From an uncultured Myxococcales bacterium (GTDB lineage Bacteria > Myxococcota_A > Bradymonadia > UBA4248): a stretch of 64,000 nt of DNA. The stretch's first letter is position 1, and every line of letters begins with the position of its first letter. The translations under genes and the position numbers were made by a program. A model generated the notes under the pieces. It had not been told where the DNA came from. It saw only the letters and a list, made by a program, of their open reading frames with translations, and did not search any database. The stretch lies in assembly GCA_964454015.1 (NCBI GenBank), contig CAYVQF010000003.1, forward strand, positions 127,057 to 191,056, written 5' to 3'. Of this stretch, positions 35,609 to 44,909 are shown in pieces.

Positions 35609-37750
35609 GTGCCCGCTTCTTGGGAGGTGGAGTTTAGTATGCGCAGCGTTTTGAGTCACCCGTGGTGTGTGGTGTTGACGATTCCTCTTTTGGTGGCGTT
35701 GGTGGGGGTCGTGACGGGTGCTTATGTCTATCGCTCGATGCGTTCCATGCTCTTGGAGATGGCAGGAGCTCGCTTCTCCGATAGCGCGGCCAGTGCGTCG
35801 ACGCATGCACAGGCCTTGTTCATGCAGGGTCCGGAGATTCTCTCTTCGTTGCGTTTGGATGTGGAGAGCGGTGAGGCCGTGGTGACCTTCCAGCTTGGGA
35901 CCCGCTTCGTGGAGATCATGCGTCATCGTCCGGGAGTAGCTTGGCTGTCGTACAGCAGCCCAGAGGGGCGCTTCGTTGGCGTTTCGCGCTTGGGAACGTC
36001 AGCGTTTTTACTTACGGAGCAGGAGGTTCTGCGTGAAGGTGTGACGCGTCACCGGGCGTGGGAGCAGGCGGGCTCTTCGTGGCAGTTGGTGCGCGATGAT
36101 GAAGCGGATGACTATGACCCGCGGTTGCGCCCCTTTTATCAGGTTGCCACGCAGACAGAGGGGATCGCCTGGACGGCGCCCTATGTGTTTTTCAACCGCG
36201 GGGTGCCGGGTATTTCTGCGGTACAGGGGGTGCGGGATCCTTTGGGGCGTTTGGTCGGGGTGTTGACCGTCGATTTCGATGTGAGCTCGTTGTCGGCGGC
36301 GCTGACGGCCAGTGCCGAGGCGAGCGGTGTACATATGTTTTTGTATACGGACGCGGACGCGCTCCTAGCGTTGTCGGGGGCGCGCTTCGACGCGACCCCG
36401 GGGCGTGGGAGTGAGGGTGAGTTGGCGGCGTTGGCGGCCTTCGCTGACCCCATGGTGGGGGCCTATTTTGCTGCGCGTCCCAGTGTCGAGGAGGCGCGCG
36501 GGCGATTTCCCGTAGAGGTGGCTGGCGAGGTCTTCCTGGCGCGTGAGGCATCTTTTTCACCGGATGGTCAACACGCTTGGTTCGTAGGCGCCATGGCGCC
36601 GCAGGCGCGTCTGATGGCGCCAGCGACGGCGATGACCCGGTCGAGCCTGTGGTTGGGGCTGGGGGGGTTATTGTTGGTGATGGCCGTATCGGGCGTCTAT
36701 GCGCGTCACATTGCGTGGGCGCGGGGTGTGGCGGCCGAGGCCAAGGCTGAGGCCAGCGAGGCGAGGCAGCGACTGGTCGAAGTGGGCAGCTATCGTTTGG
36801 TGCGGAAGTTGGGGGCGGGCGGTATGGGGGAGGTTTGGGAAGCCGAGCACGTGTTATTGGCGCGCCCTGCGGCGATCAAGTGGATACGGCGTGGGAGCAA
36901 AGGCGTGGCAGGGGAAGAGGCCAACGCGCGTTTCAAGCGGGAGGCGTTGGCGACGGCACGTTTGACGAGTCTGCATACGATCAAGGTCTTTGATTTCGGC
37001 GTGAGTGAGGAGGGGGACTTTTTTTATGTCATGGAGTTGTTGGACGGTGCGGACTTGGACACTTTGGTTCGGCAGTGTGGCCCTTTCCCTGCGGGGCGGG
37101 TGGTGCACGTTTTGATGCAAGTGTGTGCCTCTTTGGCCGAGGCGCATGAGGCAGGCTTGATACATCGGGACGTCAAGCCAGCGAACATATATCTATGCAA
37201 GCAGGGTGTAGCCCATGATGTGGTGAAGGTGCTGGATTTTGGCTTGGTCGAGGAGGTGGGGGCCGAGGAGGAGCAGCGGGTCTTTCAGGGTGGTACCCCG
37301 GCTTACATGGCGCCGGAGGCGATCACTGGGGGGGAGATCGATGGGCGTTCGGATTTGTATTCCTTGGGCTGTGTGGGCTACTGGCTGTTGACGGGGAGCG
37401 CGGTCTTTTCAGCGCCTTCTCCTTCGGCGATGTTGATGCAGCAGGTGCAGGCGATGCCCGAGCGCCCGACTTTGCGGCTAGGTCGGGAGGATTTGCGCGA
37501 TGTGGAAGCGGTGATCATGGCGTGCTTGGCCAAGGATCCCCAGGATCGTCCGGCAGATGCTTTGCATCTTTTACGGTTATTGGGGGAGGTGAACGTGCCT
37601 GCTGACCAGCAGTGGTCGCAGGGTTTTGCGCGGCGGTGGTGGCAGGAGTACGGGGAGGCGCAGGCGGGCTTGGATCTTTTAGCGGCCTACCAAGAAGAGA
37701 AGACCTTGGTGCGCAAGGACTTGGGTGGTCCTGGTCCTTGGCAGCATTGA
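35609..37750 (+). CDS. receptor-type serine/threonine protein kinase (N-terminal TM, extracytoplasmic sensor, second TM, Hanks kinase)
   Basis: TM1 WCVVLTIPLLVALVGVVTGAYVY. Periplasmic region of about 300 aa. TM2 LWLGLGGLLLVMAVSGVYA. Kinase motifs are intact (GAGGMGEV, AIKWI, HRDVKPAN, DFG, GTPAYMAPE). Confidence 0.85.
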   Translation: MPASWEVEFSMRSVLSHPWCVVLTIPLLVALVGVVTGAYVYRSMRSMLLEMAGARFSDSAASASTHAQALFMQGPEILSSLRLDVESGEAVVTFQLGTRFVEIMRHRPGVAWLSYSSPEGRFVGVSRLGTSAFLLTEQEVLREGVTRHRAWEQAGSSWQLVRDDEADDYDPRLRPFYQVATQTEGIAWTAPYVFFNRGVPGISAVQGVRDPLGRLVGVLTVDFDVSSLSAALTASAEASGVHMFLYTDADALLALSGARFDATPGRGSEGELAALAAFADPMVGAYFAARPSVEEARGRFPVEVAGEVFLAREASFSPDGQHAWFVGAMAPQARLMAPATAMTRSSLWLGLGGLLLVMAVSGVYARHIAWARGVAAEAKAEASEARQRLVEVGSYRLVRKLGAGGMGEVWEAEHVLLARPAAIKWIRRGSKGVAGEEANARFKREALATARLTSLHTIKVFDFGVSEEGDFFYVMELLDGADLDTLVRQCGPFPAGRVVHVLMQVCASLAEAHEAGLIHRDVKPANIYLCKQGVAHDVVKVLDFGLVEEVGAEEEQRVFQGGTPAYMAPEAITGGEIDGRSDLYSLGCVGYWLLTGSAVFSAPSPSAMLMQQVQAMPERPTLRLGREDLRDVEAVIMACLAKDPQDRPADALHLLRLLGEVNVPADQQWSQGFARRWWQEYGEAQAGLDLLAAYQEEKTLVRKDLGGPGPWQH

Positions 37751-39562
37751 TCACCGGAACCAGAGGCTTGTTTGGCGGTGGCCGCTGAAGGCGATGGCGA
37801 CGAGGAAGCGGGTCTGAAAGCCAGCGGCGTCGGCGGGGAGTCCGCTCAAGGCCTCATCGCGCAGGCAGGCCATGAAGGCTTCGTCGCCGAAGGTGTCGAA
37901 GGGGGTGTTGGGGTCGGGGGCCAAGATTTCCGTTTTGGCGCCGGTGCCCCAGAAGGAGGCGACCGATTCGACGCGGGCCAACACGAGGCCTTGCACGGGT
38001 TCACCCAGACGTCGCTCCAGGCGTTCGTAACAGCGGGTGATGTTTTTTCGGCGGGCGCGGAACCACTCGTCGAGGAGCGTTTTCAGCTCGGCGGGCATGG
38101 GTGGGGCGTTATCGGTACGTTCTTCGATGAGGGGTCCGAGGGCGATGCTGCGCTCCTGGGCGCGATCGAGGTCGAGGCTTTGGGCGGCGTTTTGGATGTC
38201 TGCGGGGAGTGATGCGGTGATGGGCGCCAGGAGTGGGATGAAGCGGGCCTCGGGGAAGAGCTGGGGCAGGCGCTGGAGTCGTTTGAGTCGGTGGGCGGCC
38301 AAGAGGGTGAGGATTTCTTCATGGGCGTCGATGGCTTCGGCGCGGAGAGCGGTGAGGCGGGCGAGCTCGGGCCATTGGGGATCGAGGACGAAGGGCACCC
38401 AGGCGAGTTCTGAGATGAGCGCCCCTGGCTGGGGTCGCTGTGGGTTGCCGGTTGGCATGAAGTAGAGCTTGGCGAGTGGCGCGGCTCTCTCTTCTGCGAG
38501 CCTGATGTCGCCACCGGCGCTGGCCGTCCGGGCGGTGATGATGCGATCGAGCAGGGTCCATTCGAGCCAGAACCAGAGCAGCGCAGCGCCCTCTTGTCCA
38601 GGTTTGAGGCTCTGATAGAGGGTCTCCGTGGCTTGCCAATCGGGCTCGTGCGCCAGCGCGTCGAGGGCGAAGAGGGCGGTGCGGGCGGCCAGGCGCAGGT
38701 GTTCGTCGTCAACGGCGGACATGAGGGCGTGAAAGCGCACGGCGCACCGGCGGAGATGATCGGCGTGGGTTCGGGCGAAGGCGCGGTGGTCGAGGCGGGC
38801 GGTGGGCGGGTTGGTGCTGGCGTCGATGGTGCAGGCTTCGAAGAGGCGGTTTTCGAGGTCTTGCAGGCAGGTGTTGGTTTGGGTGTACCATGCGGCGTCA
38901 CCCGGTGGGTCATCGGCTCTGGCGATGCGGAAGGGGAAGAAGGTTTGGACGTCGGCGCGCTGTCGTCCCCGGATGAGTCCGCCATCGTGGATGGCGTAGA
39001 AGCCTGGGGTAAGGGGCACGGCGGGTTGGAGGCGCATCATGCCGGGGTGGTCTTCGAGTCGCTCGCTGACGATGGGGGCGATGGAGGCTGGCAGCCAGCC
39101 GACGAAGCCTTCGCGGCTCTTCTCCCACCAGCGCGGCGGGAGTATGGCTTCAGGGGCGAAGCGGGTCAGGCGCAGGGTCGCTGGGTTGAGGGTTCCCGTC
39201 CATAGGACGAGTAGGGGTTGTGCTTGGTCGAGCACGGTGCCAATGGGGCGGACAAAGCCAAAGCCACGGTCGGCGTTGGTTGGGTGTAGGTCCAGGGGGT
39301 CGCCGCGTTCGATTTCGTGCAAGCTGGGTTGGGCGCCCGTGTTCTGCACCCAGAAGAGCCCGAAGCGATCGGGGAGAGGTGAGTCGGGGAGGAGGGGCGC
39401 AGGCGCCATGGCGGGGGTTACGCCTTCGCGGGGGTCTTCGTCTGGTGGCGCCGTGGTAAGGCTTTCCCCGTTACAGGCCAGGAGGGTGGTGGCGAGGAGG
39501 GTGAGCAGGGCGAGGCGCGGTTTGCAAGGACGCGCACGGTTCATGCAGGTGATTGGGTACAT
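37751..39562 (-). CDS. large lipoprotein (hypothetical, ~600 aa)
   Basis: Start trimmed to MYPITCMNRARPCKPRLALLTLLATTLLACNGE (lipobox LLAC). The 231-codon upstream extension of the ORF is P/A/S-rich with no similarity. Abuts the convergent kinase gene. Confidence 0.55.
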   Translation of the reverse strand: MYPITCMNRARPCKPRLALLTLLATTLLACNGESLTTAPPDEDPREGVTPAMAPAPLLPDSPLPDRFGLFWVQNTGAQPSLHEIERGDPLDLHPTNADRGFGFVRPIGTVLDQAQPLLVLWTGTLNPATLRLTRFAPEAILPPRWWEKSREGFVGWLPASIAPIVSERLEDHPGMMRLQPAVPLTPGFYAIHDGGLIRGRQRADVQTFFPFRIARADDPPGDAAWYTQTNTCLQDLENRLFEACTIDASTNPPTARLDHRAFARTHADHLRRCAVRFHALMSAVDDEHLRLAARTALFALDALAHEPDWQATETLYQSLKPGQEGAALLWFWLEWTLLDRIITARTASAGGDIRLAEERAAPLAKLYFMPTGNPQRPQPGALISELAWVPFVLDPQWPELARLTALRAEAIDAHEEILTLLAAHRLKRLQRLPQLFPEARFIPLLAPITASLPADIQNAAQSLDLDRAQERSIALGPLIEERTDNAPPMPAELKTLLDEWFRARRKNITRCYERLERRLGEPVQGLVLARVESVASFWGTGAKTEILAPDPNTPFDTFGDEAFMACLRDEALSGLPADAAGFQTRFLVAIAFSGHRQTSLWFR

Positions 39563-39642
39563 GGTGAGCCGGTTCGAAAGGTCCAGAGTCAGGAGCCTGG
39601 TGCCATCACGCGTCGGTTTCGTGTCGCCGTGGTGAGTGTAAG

Positions 39643-41868
39643 GTGCCCGGGGCAGGTTTGAAAGGGCGAGGGTGCGCGTGCTATGTTCGGCAGGTTTTGT
39701 TGCAGGAAGCGGACATGGTTTCGTGGGTAACGTGGTTTGGCGCAGCAAAGGAGGTGGCGATGGTCGTGGGAGCCGCGGTGGAGACGGACGCAGGGGACTT
39801 AGCGGCCGCAGTGGTGGCAAACCAAGCCAATCTTTGCTGGGAGTTCGCGAGGATGGAGCGCCGGATCGCGGCGTGGGAATGCCTGCGTGAGGATGGCGAC
39901 AAGGGAGCCTATGTGTCTTTTGTGACCACCCAAGAGGCCGAGCGTCTGGCGGTGCGAGCGCGGCGGCGTGAGGCGGTGCGTGCGGGGGCGGACCTGGCGC
40001 TGGAGCGCTTGGTGTCGCGCTATGGTTTGAGCGCGGCTGAGGAGGAGGTGTTGGTGGCGGCGTTGGCTTTTGCGACCAGTGGAGGGTTGCGGCAGGCGCT
40101 GATTCGGGCCCAGGGCAATTTGCTGAAGTCCTATTTGGAGGTGGGTTTTTTGGCGGACTTCCTCTTTCCGCAGGAGACATACGCTGCCGAGTTGGGGTGG
40201 TTGTACCCCGATGGGGTGTTGCTTCGGGAGGGTTTGCTGGTCTTGGAGGTGCCACGGGAGAGTGGTATTGCGGCGCCGTTGTTAGGACAATCCCTCTCGG
40301 TGCCGCATTTCGTGGCGGCCTATGTGCAAGGCCGAGCGGAGCTCGATGAGCGCTTGGTGAGTTTTGGCCGTTACGTGGCGCATGCTGCGCTGGTCGGCGA
40401 GGTGGTGCTGCCCGAGGAGACGCGGCGGAGTTTAGAGGCCTTCATGGGTGGCTTTCCGCAGGCGGAGGGGGTGCTGGTGCTTGGGGAGCGTCCTTGGCGC
40501 TTGTTGGTGTCAGGCCCCCAGGGATGTGGCAAGACGGTCCTGGTGGAGAGCTTGGCACGGTCTTTTGGGCGCCCACTGTTGACGGTGCATTTGGAGCGTT
40601 TGGTGGGTGAGGGTGACGCCCGGGGCTTGCTGGGCCTGGTGCAGAGCAACGCCGCGTTGCATGGTGCGGTGCTGCATTTGTCCATGCCCGAGACGCTGCT
40701 GGAGTCGGACGCGCGCTGGAGCGGGCCTTTGGTGGCCTTGATGGAGAGTTATGGGGGCTTGTGTGTGCTGGAGACGCAGCGTGCGGATCGGCTGGACGAC
40801 AGTTTCGAGTCGTTGATCCATTTCTCCATTGCGGTGGAGCGTCCCGATGCGGACGGTCGGGAGCAGCTTTGGCTGTCGATGTTGCCGCGGGAGGTGGGGC
40901 TAGCGGCGGATGTCGCCTTGGGTGAGCTTTCGGTGAGCTATGAGTTGAGCGGGGGTCAGATCCGCGCGGCCGTGGCGTGGGCGGTGCAGCGCAGTTTGGC
41001 TCGGGGGGTGGCGGAGCTCAGGCATGCCGATCTGGAGGCTGGGGCGCAGAGTCAGCTTCGGGCCAAGCTGGAGGAGTTCACCGAGGCGAGCCGGGTGAAG
41101 TTGACGATGGCGCACTTGGTTCTGCCGAGCGAAGCGATGACGGAGGTGCAGGAGTTTTTGGATGCGTGCCGGCATCGGGCCAAGGTGATGTACGAGTGGG
41201 GTTTTGGTAAGCGTTTGGTGACGGGTAAAGGATTGGTGGCGCTCTTTGCGGGTGAGGCGGGCACGGGCAAGACCTTGTGTGCAGAGATCCTGGCGAATGA
41301 GCTGGATTTGCGTTTGCAGATCGTGAGCATCCCCAAGGTGGTGAGCAAGTGGGTGGGCGAGACGGAGAAGAACATCCGCAAGGTCTTTTCCCACGCTCGG
41401 GCGCAGAACTCGATGCTCCTTTTCGATGAGGCGGACTCGCTTTTCGCCAAGCGGGTCAAGGTAGAGCGCTCGCAGGACCACTACCAGAACATGGAGGTGA
41501 ACATGTTGCTGCAGGAGGTGGAGCGTTTTGATGGGATCATCATCATGACGACCAACCTGGAGGCCAACATCGACAGGGCTTTTGAGCGGCGCATTTTGTT
41601 CAAGATCGAGTTTCCGAGTCCCGAGGCGGCGGAGCGTGAACGGATTTGGCAGACCTTGATTCCGCAGAAGACCCCGGTGGACGAGTCTTTGGATTTCGAG
41701 TTTTTGGCGGAGCGTTATGAGCTGACGGGTGGACAGATAAAGAACGCCATCGTCCGTGCGGCATATCGTTGTAGCGCCGCAGGACACGGATTGAATCAAG
41801 AGGCCTTGGAGTTGGCGGCGCAGCAGCAGGCGAGCGCTGCGGGGCGCTTGGCGCGTGAAGTCTATTGA
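39643..41868 (+). CDS. tandem AAA ATPase (degenerate N-terminal AAA + canonical C-terminal classic-clade AAA, CDC48/FtsH-like)
   Basis: First module has a degenerate P-loop (SGPQGCGKTVL). Second module has GEAGTGKT, DEADSLF and an SRH region (IIIMTTNLEANIDRAFERR), typical of classic AAA. The start may be at 39715 (MVSWVTW). Confidence 0.85.
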   Translation: MPGAGLKGRGCACYVRQVLLQEADMVSWVTWFGAAKEVAMVVGAAVETDAGDLAAAVVANQANLCWEFARMERRIAAWECLREDGDKGAYVSFVTTQEAERLAVRARRREAVRAGADLALERLVSRYGLSAAEEEVLVAALAFATSGGLRQALIRAQGNLLKSYLEVGFLADFLFPQETYAAELGWLYPDGVLLREGLLVLEVPRESGIAAPLLGQSLSVPHFVAAYVQGRAELDERLVSFGRYVAHAALVGEVVLPEETRRSLEAFMGGFPQAEGVLVLGERPWRLLVSGPQGCGKTVLVESLARSFGRPLLTVHLERLVGEGDARGLLGLVQSNAALHGAVLHLSMPETLLESDARWSGPLVALMESYGGLCVLETQRADRLDDSFESLIHFSIAVERPDADGREQLWLSMLPREVGLAADVALGELSVSYELSGGQIRAAVAWAVQRSLARGVAELRHADLEAGAQSQLRAKLEEFTEASRVKLTMAHLVLPSEAMTEVQEFLDACRHRAKVMYEWGFGKRLVTGKGLVALFAGEAGTGKTLCAEILANELDLRLQIVSIPKVVSKWVGETEKNIRKVFSHARAQNSMLLFDEADSLFAKRVKVERSQDHYQNMEVNMLLQEVERFDGIIIMTTNLEANIDRAFERRILFKIEFPSPEAAERERIWQTLIPQKTPVDESLDFEFLAERYELTGGQIKNAIVRAAYRCSAAGHGLNQEALELAAQQQASAAGRLAREVY

Positions 41869-41889
41869 GCATCGCGAAGGAGGTGTGCG

Positions 41890-43728
41890 GTGAAGTTGGT
41901 GGAGTGTGTACCGAATTTTAGCGAAGGTCGTGACCAGCGGATCATCGATGCGATCGTTGGGGTGGTTGAGACGGTGGAGGGTGCGAAGGTATTGGATGTC
42001 GACCCCGGGGCGGACACCCACCGGACGGTGTTGACCTTCGTGGCGCCGCCGGAGGCGGCGTTGGAGGCAGCCTACAGGGTGATCGCCAAGGCGGCGGAGC
42101 TCATCGACATGCGCAAGCATCACGGGGCGCATGCGCGGCATGGCGCGACGGATGTGTGTCCTTTCGTGCCGGTCGCCGGGGTCAGCATGGGGGAGTGTGT
42201 GGCGTTGGCGCGTCGATTGGGCGAGCGAGTGGGGCAATCCCTGGGAATCCCGGTTTATCTTTATGAGGAGGCGGCCAGCAGTGAGGCGCGGCGCAACTTG
42301 GCCCAGGTCCGCAAGGGCGAGTACGAGGCGCTGCCGCAGAAGCTCGTGGATCCGCAATGGCGCCCCGATTTTGGACCTGCCGAGTGGAATGAGCAGGTGG
42401 CCAAGACGGGGGTGGTGACCATTGGTGCGCGCGACTTTCTGATCGCTTACAACATCAACTTGAACACCCGGGACAAGCGGCACGCGACGGATCTGGCTTT
42501 TGCCATCCGGGAGAAGGGGCGGAGTCTGCGGCGTGGGAACACGGAGCCAGACTATTTTCGAGGTGAGATCGTGCGCTACTCGCCGGCCCAGGGCCGTTTT
42601 CCCTGTGCGATGTGTGAGGCGGTGCTGGCGGATGTGGCGAGCACGACGGCGCACTATGCCGAAGTGCATGGCTTTGACTGGCCCGCTTTCATGGAGGGGT
42701 GGGAGCAGCCCCTGGATCGCCTGGAAGGGCTTCCGGTGAAAGAGCCTGGTTTGTTCAAGCATTGCAAGGCGACGGGCTGGGTGATCGAGGATTATGGCTG
42801 CGCCCAGATCACGATGAATTTGACGCGTCCCAGTGAGACACCGCCGCATCTGGTGCTGGAGGCGGTGCGGCGGCTGGCGGCGGCGCGAGGTTTGGTGGTG
42901 ACGGGCTCGGAGATCGTAGGGCTGATGCCTTTTGCCGTGCTTTACGAGGCGGGCCAGTACTATCTTTCCCGTTTGCGTAGCAGCCGTGGCCTTCCTTGGC
43001 CCGATGTGTTGGAGATGGCGATCCGGTCGATGGGTCTGCGCGACGTGGCGCCTTTCGAGGTTGAGAAGAAGGTCATCGGTTTGCCCGAGCGACCGGCGAA
43101 GTGTCTGATGGCTTTGACGAGTCGTGACTTCGTGGACGAGGTTTCACGGGAGTCGCCCGCACCGGGTGGGGGTTCGGTGGCGGCCCTGGCCGGCGCGCTG
43201 GGCGCGGCGCTGTCGGCGATGGTGGCCAATCTGAGCGTGGGGAAAGAGGGTTACGAGTCGAGCTGGGAGTTGCTGGATCAGACGGCGCTGCGGGCGCAGC
43301 AACTCAAGGATCGCCTGGAGCGCAGCGTCGACACGGATACGGAGGCCTTCAACCAAGTGCTGGAGGCGATGCGGCTACCGCGGGGGAGCAGAGAGGAGAG
43401 CGCACGGCGCGAGGCGGCGATCCAGGCTGGCTATCAAGCGGCAGCGCGGGTGCCGCAAGAGACGGCATCGTTGTGCTTGGAGGTGCTCGAGGTGGCAGAG
43501 GTCGTGGTCCGCTACGGGAACAAGCCGTCCATTACCGATGGGGGCGTGGCGGCGTTGGTGGCCTGTGCTGGCGTCGAGGGGGCGGTTTACAATGTTCGGA
43601 TCAACCTCCCGAGCATCAAGGATGGTGCTTTCGTCGCGCAGATGAACGCCGATCTTGCGCAGATGGTGCAGCGGGCGCGTCAATTGCGCACGGACATCGA
43701 TGCGTTGGTCACAGCTTCTTTTGGTTGA
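41890..43728 (+). CDS. bifunctional glutamate formiminotransferase / formiminotetrahydrofolate cyclodeaminase (FTCD-like)
   Basis: GTG start. N-terminal formiminotransferase (MKLVECVPNFSEGRD...). Central domain. C-terminal cyclodeaminase-like helical domain (GGGSVAALAGALGAALSAMVANLS). Confidence 0.85.
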   Translation: MKLVECVPNFSEGRDQRIIDAIVGVVETVEGAKVLDVDPGADTHRTVLTFVAPPEAALEAAYRVIAKAAELIDMRKHHGAHARHGATDVCPFVPVAGVSMGECVALARRLGERVGQSLGIPVYLYEEAASSEARRNLAQVRKGEYEALPQKLVDPQWRPDFGPAEWNEQVAKTGVVTIGARDFLIAYNINLNTRDKRHATDLAFAIREKGRSLRRGNTEPDYFRGEIVRYSPAQGRFPCAMCEAVLADVASTTAHYAEVHGFDWPAFMEGWEQPLDRLEGLPVKEPGLFKHCKATGWVIEDYGCAQITMNLTRPSETPPHLVLEAVRRLAAARGLVVTGSEIVGLMPFAVLYEAGQYYLSRLRSSRGLPWPDVLEMAIRSMGLRDVAPFEVEKKVIGLPERPAKCLMALTSRDFVDEVSRESPAPGGGSVAALAGALGAALSAMVANLSVGKEGYESSWELLDQTALRAQQLKDRLERSVDTDTEAFNQVLEAMRLPRGSREESARREAAIQAGYQAAARVPQETASLCLEVLEVAEVVVRYGNKPSITDGGVAALVACAGVEGAVYNVRINLPSIKDGAFVAQMNADLAQMVQRARQLRTDIDALVTASFG

Positions 43729-43769
43729 GGCCGAGAGTGGCGGCGGCGCCAAGCGGGCGCCGCTAGAGG

Positions 43770-44750
43770 CTAGGCGTCGTATTTGCGCAGGACGAGCTGC
43801 TCATGCAGGTCGATGCCTTGGGCGTTGAGGCGAACCGCTTGGATTTCGGTCTTGGTGTCGTCGGTGAAATCGAGGTGGAGGTAGCCGAAGTCCCAGAGGT
43901 AGAAGAGGTCTGGGATGAGCTTGCGGTCTTTGATCTTGTCAGCGAGTTGGGTTTTGAGTGCGTCGATGGTGAGGGTGGCGTAGCCGTTGTCTTGCCAGTG
44001 TTGGTAGAGATGGCTGAAGAGGGCGTGGCGGAGCGTCCAGTCGAAGCCCTTCTTTTTGAGGACGAAGAGAGGACCGCTGAGGCGGAAGACCTGGCGCCCG
44101 GCGACGGGATTGATGAGGGCGGCGAGGGCGATGTAGATGGAGATGCCGCCGAGCATCATGGTGAGGATTGCCAAGGGGTAATCGAAGAGGCCCGGGGAGT
44201 TGGCGTAGGCGCTGGGTAGGAGCACCTTGACGATTTTGATGACGAAGAGGACGTCGATGACGAGCAGGAAGTAGAAGAGGAGCTTGGAGAAGAAGCCGAA
44301 GCCGAAGGTCAGGGGTACCAAGATCATGAGGAGGACCAGCTCGACGGCGAGCTTGATGGCGTGATCGGGGATGGTGCCATTGGCGACGGCGTAGAGCTCC
44401 CAGGCGTTCATCATCCATTGGAAGGAGAAGAGGGTGAAGATGGCGCCGCCAAAGCCGTTGCGGTTGCGCATTTCCATGAGGCCGGTGAAGAGCTGCCCGA
44501 GGCCGCCGAAGAGAAAGCAGAGGACGGCGGCGGTGAGAAAACCTTCGCGGGTGAGGCCGAAGCCGAAGGCGATGGGCAAGAGGGAGGCGCAGCCAACGGA
44601 GAGGCCGAGGAGGCCAAGAGGGGCTGGGTTGCCGAAGGTTTCTGCGTGGGGGTTGAAGAGATTCACTTTTCCGACCATTCCGTGCTCCTGTTGCAGATCG
44701 CTGAAGATGGCTCGGTGGACCAAGGCCGCCGAATATTGAGGACAAATCAA
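43770..44750 (-). CDS. GPR1/FUN34/YaaH (SatP) family membrane channel with a ~120-aa C-terminal cytoplasmic extension
   Basis: Family signature NPAPLGL and six TM helices, then a soluble C-terminal tail (DWTLRHALFSHLYQHWQDNGYATL...). The start may be at MVGKVNLFNP (44678). Confidence 0.7.
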   Translation of the reverse strand: MICPQYSAALVHRAIFSDLQQEHGMVGKVNLFNPHAETFGNPAPLGLLGLSVGCASLLPIAFGFGLTREGFLTAAVLCFLFGGLGQLFTGLMEMRNRNGFGGAIFTLFSFQWMMNAWELYAVANGTIPDHAIKLAVELVLLMILVPLTFGFGFFSKLLFYFLLVIDVLFVIKIVKVLLPSAYANSPGLFDYPLAILTMMLGGISIYIALAALINPVAGRQVFRLSGPLFVLKKKGFDWTLRHALFSHLYQHWQDNGYATLTIDALKTQLADKIKDRKLIPDLFYLWDFGYLHLDFTDDTKTEIQAVRLNAQGIDLHEQLVLRKYDA

Positions 44751-44909
44751 TACCCGATCATTGTCGCTTCGTCATGGGGGCGGGCGACGAAAATGAGGTC
44801 GGTGCATGGCGCGGACGGTGCTCTTGGTCCAAGGGCAGGTGAGGGCTTTTCGGTTGCAAGGAGGAGGGGCAGGGGGAGGCGCGGGTGGAAAAATTGACTG
44901 GGCGCGGCC

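Noticed and set aside
39563-40255. 231-codon N-terminal extension of the 37751..40255 ORF (similar long extensions at 5206..5355, 13814..14008, 26233..26583)
   Set aside because: The extensions are P/A/S/R-rich with no similarity. Conserved N-termini or signal peptides begin at internal Met codons, so the genes were trimmed.
40900-42849. 649-aa minus-strand ORF
   Set aside because: Antisense to the AAA ATPase and FTCD genes. R/H/Q/L-rich with no motif.
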